DNA of 64,000 nucleotides from Collinsella sp. (GTDB lineage: Bacteria > Actinomycetota > Coriobacteriia > Coriobacteriales > Coriobacteriaceae): NCBI GenBank assembly GCA_046995905.1, contig JBKXET010000001.1, forward strand, positions 479,589 to 543,588. Reading direction: 5' to 3'. The notes beneath the pieces were generated by a model. That model saw only the letters and a list, made by a program, of their open reading frames with translations, was not told the DNA's origin and ran no database searches. The position numbers and the translations under genes were made by a program. Within the stretch, counting starts at the first letter, position 1, and each line of letters opens with the position of its first letter. Positions 26,489-35,572 of this stretch are shown here, piece by piece.

Positions 26489-26900
26489 CTCATGCTCCTA
26501 TTAGGTCATGGCAGGACTCCGGGTCGCGGAAGCCGGGGCGAGACAGGTCGGATTTGAGGACGGCCGAAGAGGCGTCAGCAGGTCAGTGGGTCATCGTCCC
26601 GGCGTTCAGCATCAGGGTAGCGCTGCGACGCGGAAATCGCGCGCTGTTGACGCGCCCCCGCAGTGCCCGCTTCCCCCGAGGACAATTATCAGTGCTCATG
26701 CTCCTATTAGGTCATGGCAGGACTCCGGGTCGCGGAAGCCGGGGCGAGACAGGTCGGATTTGAGGACGGCCGAAGAGGCGTCAGCAGGTCAGTGGGTCAT
26801 CGTCCCGGCGTTCAGCATCAGGGTAGCGCTGCGACGCGGAAATCGCGCGCTGTTGACGCGCCCCCGCAGTGCCCGCTTCCCCCAAGGACAATTATCAGTG
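26489..26900 (-). repeat. tandem duplication (2 x 206 bp) of the outer 5' non-coding end of the IS
   Basis: Units 26489-26694 and 26695-26900 are identical except at one position (26678 G vs 26884 A). Each ends with the IS terminus ...GGACAATTATCAGTG. Confidence 0.95.
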
Positions 26901-26968
26901 CAGGTCACAGGGGTGGCGGTTTTGGGTGTGCTCTGCAGGTCGCGTAAAGTCTACTCACTTGTAATTTG
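26901..26968 (+). repeat. intergenic repeat A, second copy, right part
   Basis: CAGGTCACAGGGGTGGCGGTTTTGGGTGTGCTCTGCAGGTCGCGTAAAGTCTACTCACTT aligns with 16824-16885. Confidence 0.8.
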
Positions 26969-27098
26969 GGCCTTTGGTCGTGGGGTTGCTGGTCCCGCTT
27001 TGGTTGTCGGGAGAGGGTGAATTGAAGCGCCCCCGCACGCTCCATGCTACAATCGCGGACATATCCCACAACTACATCTGCCTTCGAAAGGAGCCTGC

Positions 27099-28106
27099 GT
27101 GGCGAACGCCATCGATCAGCTCACGGACCGAGTGCTCGTGCTCGGCCGCCTCACCATCGTCCGCCGCGCCATTACTGCTGTGGCGGTCACCATTTCCGCC
27201 GTTCTCCAGACATTTCTGATCCAGGCGTTCATTCAGCCCGCCGACCTGCTTCCGAGCGGTCTCACCGGCGTCGCGGTCCTGCTCGATCGCGTTACCTCGC
27301 TGGGCGGCGTTCACATCGACATCTCGCTCGGCATGCTTGCGCTCAACATTCCCGTGGCGCTCCTATGCTGGAGCGGCATTAGCAAGCGCTTCGTCATCTT
27401 CTCGATGATGCAGGTCGTGCTCTCGTCGCTGTTCCTCAACATCTTTCACTTCGCTCCATTTTTGGGCGACAAGATCATGCTCATCATTTTTGGCGGCGTG
27501 GTCTCGGGTCTGGGCGCTGCCATCGCACTTAAATCCGGCGCATCCACCGGCGGCACCGACTTTATCGCGCTGTGGGTTTCCAACCACACGGGCAAGACCA
27601 TCTGGGGCGTCATCTTTGGTTTCAACTGCTTTATCCTGGCGATCTTTGGCTTTATGTTTGGCTGGGACAAGGCGGCGTATTCCATCGTGTTCCAGTTTAT
27701 TTCGACCAAGACCATCGACAGTTTCTATCGTCGCTACGATCGCGTGACGCTGCAGATTACGACGCGCAAGGCAGACGAGGTCATGACTGCCTACGTAAAC
27801 CATTTTCAGCACGGCATTAGCTGCGCCGAGGTCGTCGGCGGATACAGCCGCGAAAAGATGTACCTGCTGAACACCGTTGTTTCGACCTACGAGAGCCAGG
27901 ACATTATCAAACTGGTGTGCGACGTTGATCCCGGCGCCGTGATCAACGTGTTCCACACGCTCAACTTTGTGGGCGGCTGGTGGGGCGGTCATGTCGACGA
28001 GCCCATGCCCACGGCCGTTCCCGATCCCGACAAGCCCGCACGCATGGCCAGCAGGCAGGCGCGCCTCAGCGAACAGGACAGCCTGCAGCAGGACGACGGC
28101 AAGTAG
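27099..28106 (+). CDS. YitT-family membrane protein (DUF2179 C-terminal domain)
   Basis: GTG 27099 follows AAAGGAG. Five to six TM segments with GGTDF, then a C-terminal soluble domain ...ITTRKADEVMTAYVNHF.HGISC.EVVGGYS. Confidence 0.75.
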   Translation: MANAIDQLTDRVLVLGRLTIVRRAITAVAVTISAVLQTFLIQAFIQPADLLPSGLTGVAVLLDRVTSLGGVHIDISLGMLALNIPVALLCWSGISKRFVIFSMMQVVLSSLFLNIFHFAPFLGDKIMLIIFGGVVSGLGAAIALKSGASTGGTDFIALWVSNHTGKTIWGVIFGFNCFILAIFGFMFGWDKAAYSIVFQFISTKTIDSFYRRYDRVTLQITTRKADEVMTAYVNHFQHGISCAEVVGGYSREKMYLLNTVVSTYESQDIIKLVCDVDPGAVINVFHTLNFVGGWWGGHVDEPMPTAVPDPDKPARMASRQARLSEQDSLQQDDGK

Positions 28107-28324
28107 GGTATTGGCATTTTGCCGGTCCTGCGCAACCCATCCGAACGAGCCCCCCGAAAGCCCCGTTGCTTTCGAGGGCTCTCGTTTGCCCAGATAAAAC
28201 CTACCATAATGAAGCTGTCGCTTTTTGGTAGGGAGGGTGTATCGTTTTATCAATATGAGGTAACATGAAACTAGACGTTATATACGTATTAGAAATTTAG
28301 CTATTTTGATAAGAGTGATCAGAT

Positions 28325-29044
28325 ATGCCTGCGCCCAAAAATGCACCGCTTTACCAGCAGATTTATGACGAAATCAAGGATGCGATCGAGAAAGGTGTTT
28401 ATGCACCCAAGGAGCGTATTCCGTCCGAGCTTGAACTAGCCGAGCAGTACGAGGTGAGCCGTATTACGGTGCGCCGCGCTGTCGAGGAGCTGTGCTCCGA
28501 TGGTTACCTGGTTAAGCAGCAGGGCCGCGGCACCTTTGTCTCCACGCCGCACATCAACCGCCAGTTTCACGCCTCGACGCTGCAGACGTTTACCGCGCTG
28601 TGTGCCGGCAACGGCATGAAGGCCGGTGCGCACGTGATCGATCGCCAGATCGTTCCGGCGCGCCAAAACGAGATGGAGTTCTTTGGCCTGCAGAAGGATG
28701 CGCTGCTGCTGCATATCAAGCGCGTGCGTACGGCCGACGGCGAGCCCATCTTTGAGGAGAACATCTTTGTGCCGTTTGACGCCTACCGTGAGCTGTTGAC
28801 GGCCGATCTTGAGGACAAGTCGATTTTTGCCGAGGTCGAGCGTGTTGGCGGAACGCCGATTGTCTCGGTTGGCTACCGTACGGTCGAGGCCGTTCGAGCT
28901 AACGCCGAGCAGGCGGCCGAGCTGGGCATTGCTCCGCACGATCCGCTGCTCAACCTGCGTGCCGGCTTTACCGGTCCCGATGACGAGCCGGTTTTGATGG
29001 GTAAGCAGTACTACGTGGGATCGCGCTACGTTATGGTCATGTAA
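28325..29044 (+). CDS. GntR/HutC-family regulator with UTRA domain
   Basis: PLYQQIYDEIKDAIEKGVYAPKERIPSELELAEQYEVSRITVRRAVEELCSDGYL plus a UTRA-like domain. Confidence 0.85.
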   Translation: MPAPKNAPLYQQIYDEIKDAIEKGVYAPKERIPSELELAEQYEVSRITVRRAVEELCSDGYLVKQQGRGTFVSTPHINRQFHASTLQTFTALCAGNGMKAGAHVIDRQIVPARQNEMEFFGLQKDALLLHIKRVRTADGEPIFEENIFVPFDAYRELLTADLEDKSIFAEVERVGGTPIVSVGYRTVEAVRANAEQAAELGIAPHDPLLNLRAGFTGPDDEPVLMGKQYYVGSRYVMVM

Positions 29045-29072
29045 GTTACGCGGTTTTACCAAACCGCGTAAC
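29045..29072 (+). terminator. perfect 12-bp hairpin directly after the stop codon (terminator-like)
   Basis: GTTACGCGGTTT-TACC-AAACCGCGTAAC. Confidence 0.5.
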
Positions 29073-29273
29073 GGCTCGACGCTGCGCCTTTGGTTCCGCC
29101 GTTCTGCCGAACGACGGATTGGTCGACGCTGCAAGCCCGCCAGGGCGGCAATCTGCCTTTCAACTTCGGCGGCATGACCAGAAGGTCAATGCCGCCTCGT
29201 TTCAAGGCACCTTGCTCGCTCTGACGGGCTTTCGCTGTCGTTGCCAGAACATCGGCGTTGCCGCGGTCCAAAG

Positions 29274-29350
29274 TAGTCGTTGGGGACGTTCTTAAATGAC
29301 TAGTCGTTGGGCGTTCTTGTATGACTAGTCGTTTAAGAACGTCCATCGAC
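29274..29350 (+). repeat. three tandem 25-27-nt units beginning TAGTCGTT, upstream of recQ
   Basis: Units 29274-29300, 29301-29325 and 29326-29350. The first 23 nt are identical to 50637-50659. Confidence 0.8.
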
Positions 29351-29429
29351 TAGTTTGGGCTGCGGTCGTGTGCTGCTGTCCCTGTGGCGGCGTATAATCG
29401 GCGGCAGATGACTTGGACGTTAGGAAACC

Positions 29430-31412
29430 ATGACCGATAGCATGCAGCAGATGGCGCTCGACACGCTCGGCGCCTATTTTGGCTACACCTCGTTTCGCCC
29501 GGGACAGGATCGCATGGTGGATGCGATCCTTGCCGGCCGCGATGCGCTCGGCGTTATGCCCACAGGCGCCGGCAAGTCCATTTGCTACCAGGTGCCTGCG
29601 CTCATGCTGCCCGGCATCACCTTTGTGGTGAGCCCGTTGCTGTCGCTTATGGAGGACCAGACCCGCGCACTGCTCGCGGCGGGTGCGCGCCCCAGTTATC
29701 TCAACTCCAGCCTTACGCCGGCTCAGCAAAATACCGTGCTCAAGCGGGCGCGCGAGGGCCGTTATCAGCTTATGTATGTGGCGCCCGAGCGCCTGCTCGA
29801 GCCGCGCTTTTTAGCCTTTGCGCAGGAGGCCGCGGGTTCCTCCGGCATTGGCGTGCCGTTCGTGGCCATTGACGAGGCACACTGCGTGAGCCAGTGGGGG
29901 CAGGATTTCCGCCCCGCCTACCTGCAGATTCGCGAGTTCATCGATTCGCTGCCGCAGCGCCCCATTGTGGCGGCCTTTACCGCTACGGCGACCGAGCGTG
30001 TGCGCGCGGATATCCAGCAGATGCTCGGCCTGCAAAACCCTGCGACGGTGGTGACGGGCTTTGATCGCAAGAACCTCTACTTTGGCTGCGAGGAGATGGG
30101 CGACAAGGCCAAGGCAGCGTGGGTGCGCGACTATGTGATCGCGCATTCGGGCGAGAGCGGCATCGTGTATTGCTCGACCCGCAAGACGGTCGATGCACTG
30201 GCAGGCGAGCTTGCCGAGGCGCTGGGCCCCAGCGGCATTCGTGTTGGCCGCTACCATGCCGGCATGGGCAACGACGCCCGCCGCCAAAGCCAGCGCGCCT
30301 TTATCGACGACGATATCCAGGTGATGGTTGCCACCAACGCCTTTGGCATGGGCATAGACAAGCCCAACGTGCGCTACGTGATCCACAACAACGTGCCCGA
30401 GAGCATCGAGGCCTACTACCAGGAGGCAGGTCGCGCCGGCCGCGATGGCGACCCGGCCAGCTGCCACCTGCTGTGGAACGGCAACGATTTTCGCATGCGT
30501 CGCTTTCTGATCGATCGCGGCGATGCCGCCGATGAGGCGCTCGACGACGAGCAGCGCGCGTGGGCGCTCCAGAATCGATATCGTCTGCTCAGCCAGATGG
30601 AGGGCTACTGCAATACCACCGGCTGCCTGCGCGAATACATGCTGCGCTACTTTGGCGACGAGGCCGCGGCCGAGCATGCGGCTGCGGCGGGTGCGGGCAG
30701 CGCCGCCATGGACGAGGCCGAGGGCTGCGGCAACTGCAGCAACTGCCTCACGCAGTTCGAGGTCGAGGACGTCACCGATATGGCCCGCGCCGCCGTGCGC
30801 TATGTGGACACGCGTCCCATGCGTTTTGGCAAGTCGCTCATCGCCGACGTGCTCCACGGCGGCAACACCGAGCGCATTCGCCAGATGCATCTGGACGAGG
30901 ACCGCGGCTACGGTGAGCTGTCGAGTGAATCGGTTGGGCGCATCAAGGATATTATCGGCCAGCTGTGCGGCCGCGGTTATCTGGCTACCTCGCAGGGGCA
31001 GTACCCGGTCGTGGGACTGGGCCCGCGTGCCGGCGAGGTCGAGGACGAGGCGTTTGCCTTTACCGTTAAGCGTCGCGCGTCCAAGCGCAAGGCCTCGGCC
31101 CGCGCCCGCCGTGCGGTGGATCTGCTGCGCGAGGAGGCCGAGCTGGATCAGCGTCCGCGCGTGGGCGACGATGCCGAGTTGTTCGAGCGCCTGCGTGCCC
31201 TGCGCAAGGAGATTTCGACCGAACTGGAGATGGCGCCGTACATGGTCTTTTCCGACAAGGCCCTGCGCGGTCTGTGCCGTCTACGCCCGCAGACGCGCGA
31301 CGAGCTTGTCCAGGTCAACGGCATTGGCGAGAAAAAGGCCGACGCCTTTGGCGAGCAGTTTATGGCGGCGATTGAAGAGTTTGAGTCCGAGCATGCACGG
31401 GATGGAGCGTAA
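29430..31412 (+). CDS. recQ: ATP-dependent DNA helicase RecQ
   Basis: FRPGQ, MPTGAGKS, DEAHCVSQWGQDFRPAY, a Zn-binding Cys cluster, RQC, and a C-terminal HRDC (LFERLRALRKEI...MAPYMVFSDKAL). Confidence 0.95.
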   Translation: MTDSMQQMALDTLGAYFGYTSFRPGQDRMVDAILAGRDALGVMPTGAGKSICYQVPALMLPGITFVVSPLLSLMEDQTRALLAAGARPSYLNSSLTPAQQNTVLKRAREGRYQLMYVAPERLLEPRFLAFAQEAAGSSGIGVPFVAIDEAHCVSQWGQDFRPAYLQIREFIDSLPQRPIVAAFTATATERVRADIQQMLGLQNPATVVTGFDRKNLYFGCEEMGDKAKAAWVRDYVIAHSGESGIVYCSTRKTVDALAGELAEALGPSGIRVGRYHAGMGNDARRQSQRAFIDDDIQVMVATNAFGMGIDKPNVRYVIHNNVPESIEAYYQEAGRAGRDGDPASCHLLWNGNDFRMRRFLIDRGDAADEALDDEQRAWALQNRYRLLSQMEGYCNTTGCLREYMLRYFGDEAAAEHAAAAGAGSAAMDEAEGCGNCSNCLTQFEVEDVTDMARAAVRYVDTRPMRFGKSLIADVLHGGNTERIRQMHLDEDRGYGELSSESVGRIKDIIGQLCGRGYLATSQGQYPVVGLGPRAGEVEDEAFAFTVKRRASKRKASARARRAVDLLREEAELDQRPRVGDDAELFERLRALRKEISTELEMAPYMVFSDKALRGLCRLRPQTRDELVQVNGIGEKKADAFGEQFMAAIEEFESEHARDGA

Positions 31413-32170
31413 TGATGGCATCCGACGATAAAACCGAGCGCACTGAGGTGTCCGCCGTGCCGCTGTACCAGCAGGTAATGGACGACCTAAAAGGCGAGAT
31501 CGCGCGTGGCGTGTACGCATCCGGCTCGCGCATTCCTTCCGAGATGGAGCTCGCGAAGTACTACGGCGTGGGACGCATCACCGTGCGCCGCGCCGTCGAG
31601 GAGCTGTCGCGCGCGGGGTATCTCAACCGCCAGCAGGGGAGGGGCACGTTTGTGTGCGCGCCCAAGCTCAAACGCAAGATTGTCCAGAAGGGTGACGTTC
31701 AGAGCTTTTCCGAGGGTTGCGCTGCCAATGACATGGTAGCCGGAGCACGCCTGGTGTCGCGCACGGTGGTCGCGGCGACACGCGAGGACGCGGCGTTTTT
31801 TGGGGTGGAACCCGGCTGCGAGCTCATCGTTGTCGAGCGCGTGCGCACGGCAGACGGCGTGCCCGTCATGCTCGAGAACAATGCCTTTGTACTGGCCGAC
31901 CATCCCTATCTGCAGACGCTTGCCGACAAGGACCTCACGGACAATTCCATCTTTGCGCTCGTTGCCGAGCATTCGGGCCGCGCGCCGCTCAAGTCCGACC
32001 CCTGTACTGTGGAGATTGCGCTTGCCGATGCTCAGGCGGCCTCGCTGCTGGAGGTGCCGGTCGGCGAGCCGCTCTTCTATATGGAGGCGTACTTTACCGA
32101 TGAGGACGAGCGGCCCTTGCTGCTCGGACGCCAAAAGATCGTGGGTTCGCGCTACGTGTTCGACATCTAA
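31412..32170 (+). CDS. GntR/HutC-family regulator with UTRA domain
   Basis: The ATG overlaps the recQ TAA by 1 nt. VPLYQQVMDDLKGEIARGVYASGSRIPSEMELAKYYGVGRITVRRAVEELSRAGYL. Close paralog of 28325-29044. Confidence 0.85.
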   Translation: MMASDDKTERTEVSAVPLYQQVMDDLKGEIARGVYASGSRIPSEMELAKYYGVGRITVRRAVEELSRAGYLNRQQGRGTFVCAPKLKRKIVQKGDVQSFSEGCAANDMVAGARLVSRTVVAATREDAAFFGVEPGCELIVVERVRTADGVPVMLENNAFVLADHPYLQTLADKDLTDNSIFALVAEHSGRAPLKSDPCTVEIALADAQAASLLEVPVGEPLFYMEAYFTDEDERPLLLGRQKIVGSRYVFDI

Positions 32171-32314
32171 CGTCCACAGATAGAACGATATAGAACAAAT
32201 TCGGTGAAATGGCTTCACGGGCGTCGTCATGCGTGCTATAAATAGGACAACATAGAACGACCGCAGGTACGAGCTGACGTCGTTCAAAAGCGCCACACAA
32301 GGAGGAGCATCACC

Positions 32315-33283
32315 ATGAACGCACACGATCTGATTCAGGAAATCATCGAGCGCAAGGGCAAGATCGAGAATGTCTTTTGGATCGCTTGTGGCGGTTCGAT
32401 GATTGACCTGATGCCGGCCAACGAGCTGCTCAAGCGCGAGGCCACCACGTTTACCTCGACGGTCTACACGGCACGCGAGTTTTGCCTGATGGCTCCCAAG
32501 AGTCTTAGCGAGAAGTCACTCGTCATCGCCTGCAGCCACAGCGGCAATACGCAGGAGGTCGTCGATGGTTGCGAGATGGCGCTGGCAGCCGGCGCCGAGG
32601 TCGTGGCCATGACCGACTGCGAGGGCTCCAAGATCGATAACGGCAAGTGGACCACCTGGGTCTATCCGTGGGGCGAGGGCGTGCCGCAGGCCGAGGTCCC
32701 GCAGGGCATCGGCGCTCTGATCGCCGCCGAACTGCTCGACCAGCAGGAGGGCTACGAAGCGCTCGCCGACATGTACGAAGGCCTTAAGCAGATGGACGCG
32801 CTGCTGCCCGCCGCCCGTGAGAAGGTCAACGCCGAGCTGGGCGCCCGCTTTGCCGAGCTCTGCCAGCAGCACAAGTTCTTCTATATCCTGGGCTCCGGCC
32901 CCAACTTTAGCCAGACCTATGCCATGGCGATCTGCTCGCTCATGGAGATGCAGTGGCAGCACTGCTGCTACATCCACTCCGGCGAGTACTTCCACGGCCC
33001 GTTCGAAGCCACCGAGCCCGGCGTGTTCTACTTTGTGCAGCTCGGATCGGGCGAGTGCCGCCCCATGGAGGAGCGCGCGCTGGCGTTCCTCAACACGCAC
33101 ACCGATACAGTCATGGTGCTCGATGCGCTCGAGTACGGCGTGGGTGAAGTGCCTGCCAGCGTGCGTTCGTTCCTGGAGCCGATCTTCTTCTACAACATGA
33201 GCTGCGAGCTGCGCGCCGCCCGCGGCAAGGTGTTCGACCACAGCCCCGAGATTCGTCGCTACATGGGCATCGAGCAGTACTAG
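32315..33283 (+). CDS. SIS-domain deglycase-like protein, paralog 3
   Basis: VFWIACGGSM, CSHSGNTQE, HGPFEATE, and C-terminal RRYMGIEQY. Confidence 0.7.
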   Translation: MNAHDLIQEIIERKGKIENVFWIACGGSMIDLMPANELLKREATTFTSTVYTAREFCLMAPKSLSEKSLVIACSHSGNTQEVVDGCEMALAAGAEVVAMTDCEGSKIDNGKWTTWVYPWGEGVPQAEVPQGIGALIAAELLDQQEGYEALADMYEGLKQMDALLPAAREKVNAELGARFAELCQQHKFFYILGSGPNFSQTYAMAICSLMEMQWQHCCYIHSGEYFHGPFEATEPGVFYFVQLGSGECRPMEERALAFLNTHTDTVMVLDALEYGVGEVPASVRSFLEPIFFYNMSCELRAARGKVFDHSPEIRRYMGIEQY

Positions 33284-33332
33284 GTAACGGGAAAAGCATT
33301 CACCTTCGATTCGCAAGCGGGCCACATGAGTC

Positions 33333-33373
33333 AAAAAGCGGGCCGCGCCGGGGATTTCCGGCGCGGCCCGCTT
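33333..33373. terminator. bidirectional intrinsic terminator between convergent genes
   Basis: AAAAAGCGGGCCGCGCCGG-loop-CCGGCGCGGCCCGCTT. Confidence 0.8.
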
Positions 33374-33414
33374 AGTATCGCGCATAGATTCGCAAGGTTG
33401 CGGTAGCCAGCGGC

Positions 33415-34392
33415 CTACTTTGCGTCGTAGGCCTCGGCGTCCCACCAGTCGAGCTGGGCGATGTTGTCGCGGATGTGCTGGCAGCTCTTGTGGAAGCCCT
33501 CGAGCTCGTGCTCGGACAGGTCCAGCGTGTAGACCTCCTCGACGCCCTCGGCACCGATCACGCACGGCAGGGAGGTGAAGATGCCCTCCTCGCCATACTG
33601 GCCGGTCATGAGCGTGGAGGCGGAAAGCACGGCGTGCTCGTTATGCAGCACGGCGGCGCAGACGCGCGCGGCGGAGTTGGCGACGGCGTACTCGGTGCAC
33701 TGCTTGCCCTGGTAGGTCACATAGCCGCCCTTGCGTGCGAGCTCCTCGACCTCCATGTGGTCGAAGGCGTACTTGTCGGGGTTCTCGGCCTGAAGCTCAG
33801 TCAGGCTCTTGCCGGCGATGGTTGCGGCCTTAAAGGCGGCCAGCTGGCTAAAGCCGTGCTCGCCGATCATGTAGGCGTCGATGGACTTGGGACTCACGCC
33901 GACCTTCTTGGAGATCTCGGTGCGCAGGCGGGCGGAGTCCAGGCCACAGCCCGAGCCGATGATCTTCTTGGGATCGTAGCCGGTCAGGTGCCACAGCTCG
34001 GTACACACGACGTCGCAGGGGTTGGAGATGCTTACAAAGATGCCGTCAAAGCCGGCGTCGACGATGCGCTTGGCAAAGGTGCGGGCGGCGTCGGTGGTAA
34101 AGAATAGCTCACCGTCGCGGTTGCCGGCGGCCAGCGCAACCTTGCCGGCGGCGTTGACGATGACGTCGCAGCAGGCCAGCTCCTCGTAGTGGTCGTAGCA
34201 GTTGACGATCTTGGTGTTGTACGGGACAAACGAAAGGGAGTCGCGCAGGTCCTGGACCTCGGACGTCACCTTGGCCTCGTTGATATCGCACAGGTACAGC
34301 TCATCGGCAATGCCCTGCATAAGCAGGCTGTTGGCGACATGTGCTCCTACGTGGCCCTGGCCGACCACACCGATCTTACGCGTCTGGTACAT
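33415..34392 (-). CDS. ldh: L-lactate dehydrogenase
   Basis: KIGVVGQGHVGAHVA (Rossmann fold), IGEHGFSQ and the catalytic region. ATG 34392 follows AAAGGA. Confidence 0.9.
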   Translation of the reverse strand: MYQTRKIGVVGQGHVGAHVANSLLMQGIADELYLCDINEAKVTSEVQDLRDSLSFVPYNTKIVNCYDHYEELACCDVIVNAAGKVALAAGNRDGELFFTTDAARTFAKRIVDAGFDGIFVSISNPCDVVCTELWHLTGYDPKKIIGSGCGLDSARLRTEISKKVGVSPKSIDAYMIGEHGFSQLAAFKAATIAGKSLTELQAENPDKYAFDHMEVEELARKGGYVTYQGKQCTEYAVANSAARVCAAVLHNEHAVLSASTLMTGQYGEEGIFTSLPCVIGAEGVEEVYTLDLSEHELEGFHKSCQHIRDNIAQLDWWDAEAYDAK

Positions 34393-34603
34393 ATGAGTAT
34401 CCTTTCGGCCGAGTTTTTCGCGTTGAAACATTGTAGCGTCCTGCCGTTACTTTGCTAGGCTAAAGTGCAGCAGATTTTAGAGACATGCCTTAATTTCTAC
34501 TTTTGGGGCGTTTTGGGCCGCTGACGGCATCGCCGGGCGATGTACTCGCGCGGATGGGGCCGGTCGTTGTACCATAACTGCAACTGACTCGTAAGGAGCA
34601 TTC

Positions 34604-35530
34604 ATGCCCATTCGCATCCCCGACGCCCTCCCTGCCGCCGCGCAGCTCGAGAGCGAGAACATCTTTGTCATGACCGAGTACCGCGCGCTGCACCAGGACA
34701 TCCGTCCGCTGCGCGTGCTCATCCTCAACCTCATGCCCACCAAAATCGCTACCGAGACGCAGATCATGCGCAAGCTCTCCAACACGCCGCTGCAGGTGGA
34801 GGTGGACCTGCTGCGCACGAAAACGCACGAGGCCACGCACGTGAGCGCCGGCCACCTGGAGACGTTCTACCGCACGTTCGACGACATCCGCGACATCCAC
34901 TACGACGGCCTGATCATCACGGGCGCGCCGGTGGAGCAGATGCCGTTCGAGGAGGTCGACTACTGGCCCGAGCTCTGCCAGATCATGGATTGGTCCACCA
35001 CGCACGTGCACTCTACGCTGCACATTTGTTGGGGCGCGCAGGCCGGCCTGTACCATCATTACGGCATCCAGAAGTACGACCTGCCGGCAAAGGCGAGCGG
35101 CGTGTTCGAGCATTATCTGGTGAAGCCGCAAAGCCCGCTGGTCCGCGGCTTTGACGACCGCTTCTATGCCGTACATTCGCGCAACACCGACGTGCGCCGC
35201 GAGGACGTGGAGGCCGAGCCGCAGCTTGAGGTCGTGGCCGTGTCCGACGAGGTGGGCCTGTACATCGTCAAGTCGACCGACAGCCGTCGCTTCTTTGTCT
35301 TTGGTCACCCCGAGTACGATACCGACACGCTGCGCCTGGAGTACGAGCGCGACGTGAAGCGCGGCCTCAACCCTCAGGTGCCGGCGCATTACTTCCCGGG
35401 CGACGACCCCTCCGCCGATCCGCGCAACGTCTGGCGCAGCCAAGCTCAGCTGTTCTACACCAACTGGCTCAACTACTACGTCTACCAGACCACGCCCTAC
35501 GACCTGGCCCGCGCCGGCGAGGAGCACTAG
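34604..35530 (+). CDS. metA: homoserine O-acyltransferase MetA
   Basis: [20 protein letters not shown]...[17 protein letters not shown]...ICWGAQA is the canonical MetA signature. Confidence 0.9.
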   Translation: MPIRIPDALPAAAQLESENIFVMTEYRALHQDIRPLRVLILNLMPTKIATETQIMRKLSNTPLQVEVDLLRTKTHEATHVSAGHLETFYRTFDDIRDIHYDGLIITGAPVEQMPFEEVDYWPELCQIMDWSTTHVHSTLHICWGAQAGLYHHYGIQKYDLPAKASGVFEHYLVKPQSPLVRGFDDRFYAVHSRNTDVRREDVEAEPQLEVVAVSDEVGLYIVKSTDSRRFFVFGHPEYDTDTLRLEYERDVKRGLNPQVPAHYFPGDDPSADPRNVWRSQAQLFYTNWLNYYVYQTTPYDLARAGEEH

Positions 35531-35572
35531 GCTGCGATGGTACTGCTGTAGCCGTGGCTGATATGGCAGCGA

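Larger units (their letters stand above)
25135..26900 (-). mobile_element. IS110-family insertion sequence (IS110 subgroup architecture: long 5' non-coding end, 16-nt 3' end)
   Basis: Boundaries come from comparison with the empty site at 16823/16824 (AAAACCG|CAGGTCAC). It contains a DEDD/Tnp20 transposase. There are no long terminal IRs and no obvious target duplication. Confidence 0.85.

Noticed and set aside
26338-27020. ORFs of 141-170 aa with internally repeated sequence on the + strand (26338-26763 and 26508-27020).
   Set aside because: They are artefacts of reading through the 206-bp tandem duplication in the non-coding IS end. They have no RBS and no domain, and they are antisense to the element.
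29056-29346. A 96-aa minus-strand ORF between the GntR gene and recQ, or a gene remnant in 29075-29270.
   Set aside because: It has no RBS or start context, its composition is atypical for coding, and it overlaps the tandem TAGTCGTT repeats. A degraded pseudogene cannot be excluded, but nothing recognisable remains.
34432-34603. A SAM riboswitch upstream of metA.
   Set aside because: No SAM-I/SAM-IV hallmark sequences were seen by eye. The region also has to hold the divergent ldh promoter. It should still be checked with cmscan.
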